64,000 nucleotides of DNA from positions 5,024,001 to 5,088,000 of the forward strand of contig OZ251518.1 in assembly GCA_965242965.1 (NCBI GenBank), in the 5' to 3' direction. A program made the position numbers and the translations under genes. How positions within the stretch are numbered: position 1 is the stretch's first letter; each line of letters begins with the position of its first letter. Shown here one piece after another: positions 62,124-64,000 of this stretch. Under the pieces are notes generated by a model that had not been told where the DNA came from, ran no database searches, and was given only the letters and a program-made list of their open reading frames with translations. Source of the stretch: Candidatus Poribacteria bacterium. Its GTDB lineage: Bacteria; Poribacteria; WGA-4E; WGA-3G.

Positions 62124-63290
62124 ATGCTGATTTACCAGAATATCGAAGATAAAATTGATGCCGCTACCTTACATGAAGTGCTGGCAGGTGAATACGAGAG
62201 CATCTTCTTAACCAGTTGCACTATTGAAGGTGTTGTTGACATCGCTTCCCTCTCGCTTGAAAAGGACGAGGACGGCGCGTTCATTCTGGATAAAGACATC
62301 GTGTGTATTCACTGCACCTTTGAAAACCTCGTCAAATTCCCCAAAACTGCGTTCCAGAAAGAGCTTGTCTTCAGCGAGACTGTGTTCAAGGAGCCTGTCG
62401 ATTTTCGCGGTTCTAAGTTCCAAGGGCACTGCGATTTCGGACAAGCCGACTTCCGCGCGCGCGTCAGTTTTCGGAGTGCTGTTTTCTACGACGAGGTAAA
62501 CTTCTGGCAGGCGAAATTTCACAACCTGGCGGAATTCAACGAAGTTGAATTCCAAGACAACGCGATTTTTGGGAAAACGCACTTCCACGGCGTGGGACAT
62601 TTTGGACAGACTGTTTTCCAACAGCAGTTGGACTTCAGTTACACGCGCTTCCATGATACTGTCACCTTTGAGCAAGCGACGTTCGGCACCGAAGCGGACT
62701 TTACTTCGGCGCGCTTTGCGTTTGTCGCCTCCTATCGCGACATCAGTTTCATGTCCGATACGCTACAACAATGGTTTGTGAACAAGTGGAAGCGCGATAA
62801 GCACCCGCCAACTGAATTCTATTTAGATAGCCACCATGTTGACGAAGTCTCTAATCCATTCTTCAAGCGGTATGTGGCAGACCAGCAGTTCATCCGTGTT
62901 TTCAAGGAGCGGAGCCCTTTCGGCGCACGAGTCTGGCGATGGAGCTCCGATTACGGACGCAGCTTAGGGCTTTGGGCGTTCTGGTCCTTCCTACTCGCCG
63001 TTGTGTTCGCTTTCGCCTATTCCATTTTTCCACCGGTGTTGGAGAACTTTGCGTTGGGTGATTTTGCCCCCAATATCATTCAAAACGCTGGAGACGCTGC
63101 TGGCAACCAACTCACATTTGGAAGTGCTTTTTACTTTAGCGTCGTCACCTTTACCACACTCGGATTCGGTGATGTCGTCGCAGAAAACGGCCCCGCGCGT
63201 TTCCTGGTCACGCTTGAGGTTATCTTAGGCTATATCATGCTTGGTGGGCTCATCAGCATCTTCGCCAATAAGTTAGCCAGCCGGAGTTAA
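62124..63290 (+). CDS. Pentapeptide-repeat protein fused to two-helix ion-channel domain
   Basis: (F....F)n repeats; SDYGRS; FYFSVVTFTTLGFGDV selectivity-filter-like motif. Confidence 0.88.
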   Translation: MLIYQNIEDKIDAATLHEVLAGEYESIFLTSCTIEGVVDIASLSLEKDEDGAFILDKDIVCIHCTFENLVKFPKTAFQKELVFSETVFKEPVDFRGSKFQGHCDFGQADFRARVSFRSAVFYDEVNFWQAKFHNLAEFNEVEFQDNAIFGKTHFHGVGHFGQTVFQQQLDFSYTRFHDTVTFEQATFGTEADFTSARFAFVASYRDISFMSDTLQQWFVNKWKRDKHPPTEFYLDSHHVDEVSNPFFKRYVADQQFIRVFKERSPFGARVWRWSSDYGRSLGLWAFWSFLLAVVFAFAYSIFPPVLENFALGDFAPNIIQNAGDAAGNQLTFGSAFYFSVVTFTTLGFGDVVAENGPARFLVTLEVILGYIMLGGLISIFANKLASRS

Positions 63291-63304
63291 CGTTTGCCTT
63301 AAAC

Positions 63305-63610
63305 GGTAGGCGCGCCCGGAATCGCTTCCCGGTAGGAGAGACCTCCTGGTCTCGACTCTTCCGGTAGGAGAGACCTCCTGGTCTCGATGCAATGCTGCTT
63401 TTCCGGTAGGAGAGACCTCCCGGTCTCGAAAAATGCGATATCGGGACAAGGATGTCCCGCCTACCCAGATATCGGTAGGAGAGACCTCCCGGTCTCGATG
63501 CCCACCGTATCGGGACAAGGATGTCCCGCCTACCCAGACTAGGTCGGTATCGGGACAAGGATGTCCCTCCTACCGGGGAAACATCGGGACAGGGATGTCC
63601 CTCCTACTCG
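63305..63610. repeat. Array of GAGACC-type and GGGACA-type GTAG hairpins
   Basis: GGTAGGAGAGACCTCC(T/C)GGTCTCGA x4; ATCGGGACA(A/G)GGATGTCCC(G/T)CCTAC x4. Confidence 0.9.
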
Positions 63611-63668
63611 GACAGAAGATGAATTGCTATTGCCCAACATCCACACTAGCAAAAGGATTTTCAACGGA

Positions 63669-64000
63669 ATGCTCTCAAACCAATTAACGGCAGTCATTGT
63701 TGGCGCAGGCTGGTCAGCCGAGGGACACACCAAGGCTTTTCAGCATTACGGCGTTGAAGTTCTCGCCTTATGTGCACGCAAACCTGATGTCGTGCGAAAA
63801 CACGCCGACCGGTTAGGTATCCCCGATGCCTCAATTGATTGGCGCGAAAGCCTGCTCAAACACCGACCGGACATCGTCGCTATCACGACTCCTGCGATTT
63901 TGCGCAGTGAACCGATCGAATTAGCGGCACAACTCGGGTGCCATATTATCTGCGAAAAGCCGCTGGCACTCACTGCTACGGAAGCAGGAAGACTCTACGC
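63669..64000 (+). CDS. Gfo/Idh/MocA oxidoreductase, runs off window end
   Basis: Manual translation MLSNQLTAVIVGAGWSAEGH...PDIVAITTP...IICEKPLA. Confidence 0.85.
   Translation, partial: MLSNQLTAVIVGAGWSAEGHTKAFQHYGVEVLALCARKPDVVRKHADRLGIPDASIDWRESLLKHRPDIVAITTPAILRSEPIELAAQLGCHIICEKPLALTATEAGRLY

Overview
This is a bacterial chromosomal window of moderately high GC. Its gene content (three Uma2/DUF820 nucleases, two PhyH dioxygenases, three Gfo/Idh/MocA oxidoreductases, a PSD1/planctomycete cytochrome c + DUF1501 pair, FlgD/CTD and PorV-like proteins) resembles Candidatus Poribacteria; that placement is inference. About 42 CDS can be supported, including housekeeping genes (moaC, trxB, thrB, pcm, sppA, queF, bioF). 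A defence region at 44.6-51.5 kb holds type III Res/Mod, two stand-alone TIR-like proteins and two orphan HicB-like genes. A solitary MTase-nuclease fusion lies at 38.1-39.6 kb. Many intergenic spaces are filled with a diverse set of GTAG-hairpin (REP-like) modules. At least six clusters of these sit between terminal inverted repeats (TGAGGGTGTTTCATA...TATGAAACACCCTCA), five of them with matching or near-matching 6-7 bp flanks, and their cargo and ends are mixed combinatorially. Other notable items: a full-length P-type ATPase with every catalytic motif I could check replaced; a HicB-like gene translationally coupled to a TIR-like gene; tandem Uma2 genes differing mainly in a 35-codon cassette; a repeat that supplies gene leaders and N-termini; and a 30-aa uORF before a TonB-dependent receptor. 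No rRNA, tRNA, CRISPR array or transposase was seen. All calls come from reading motifs by eye; no database was searched.
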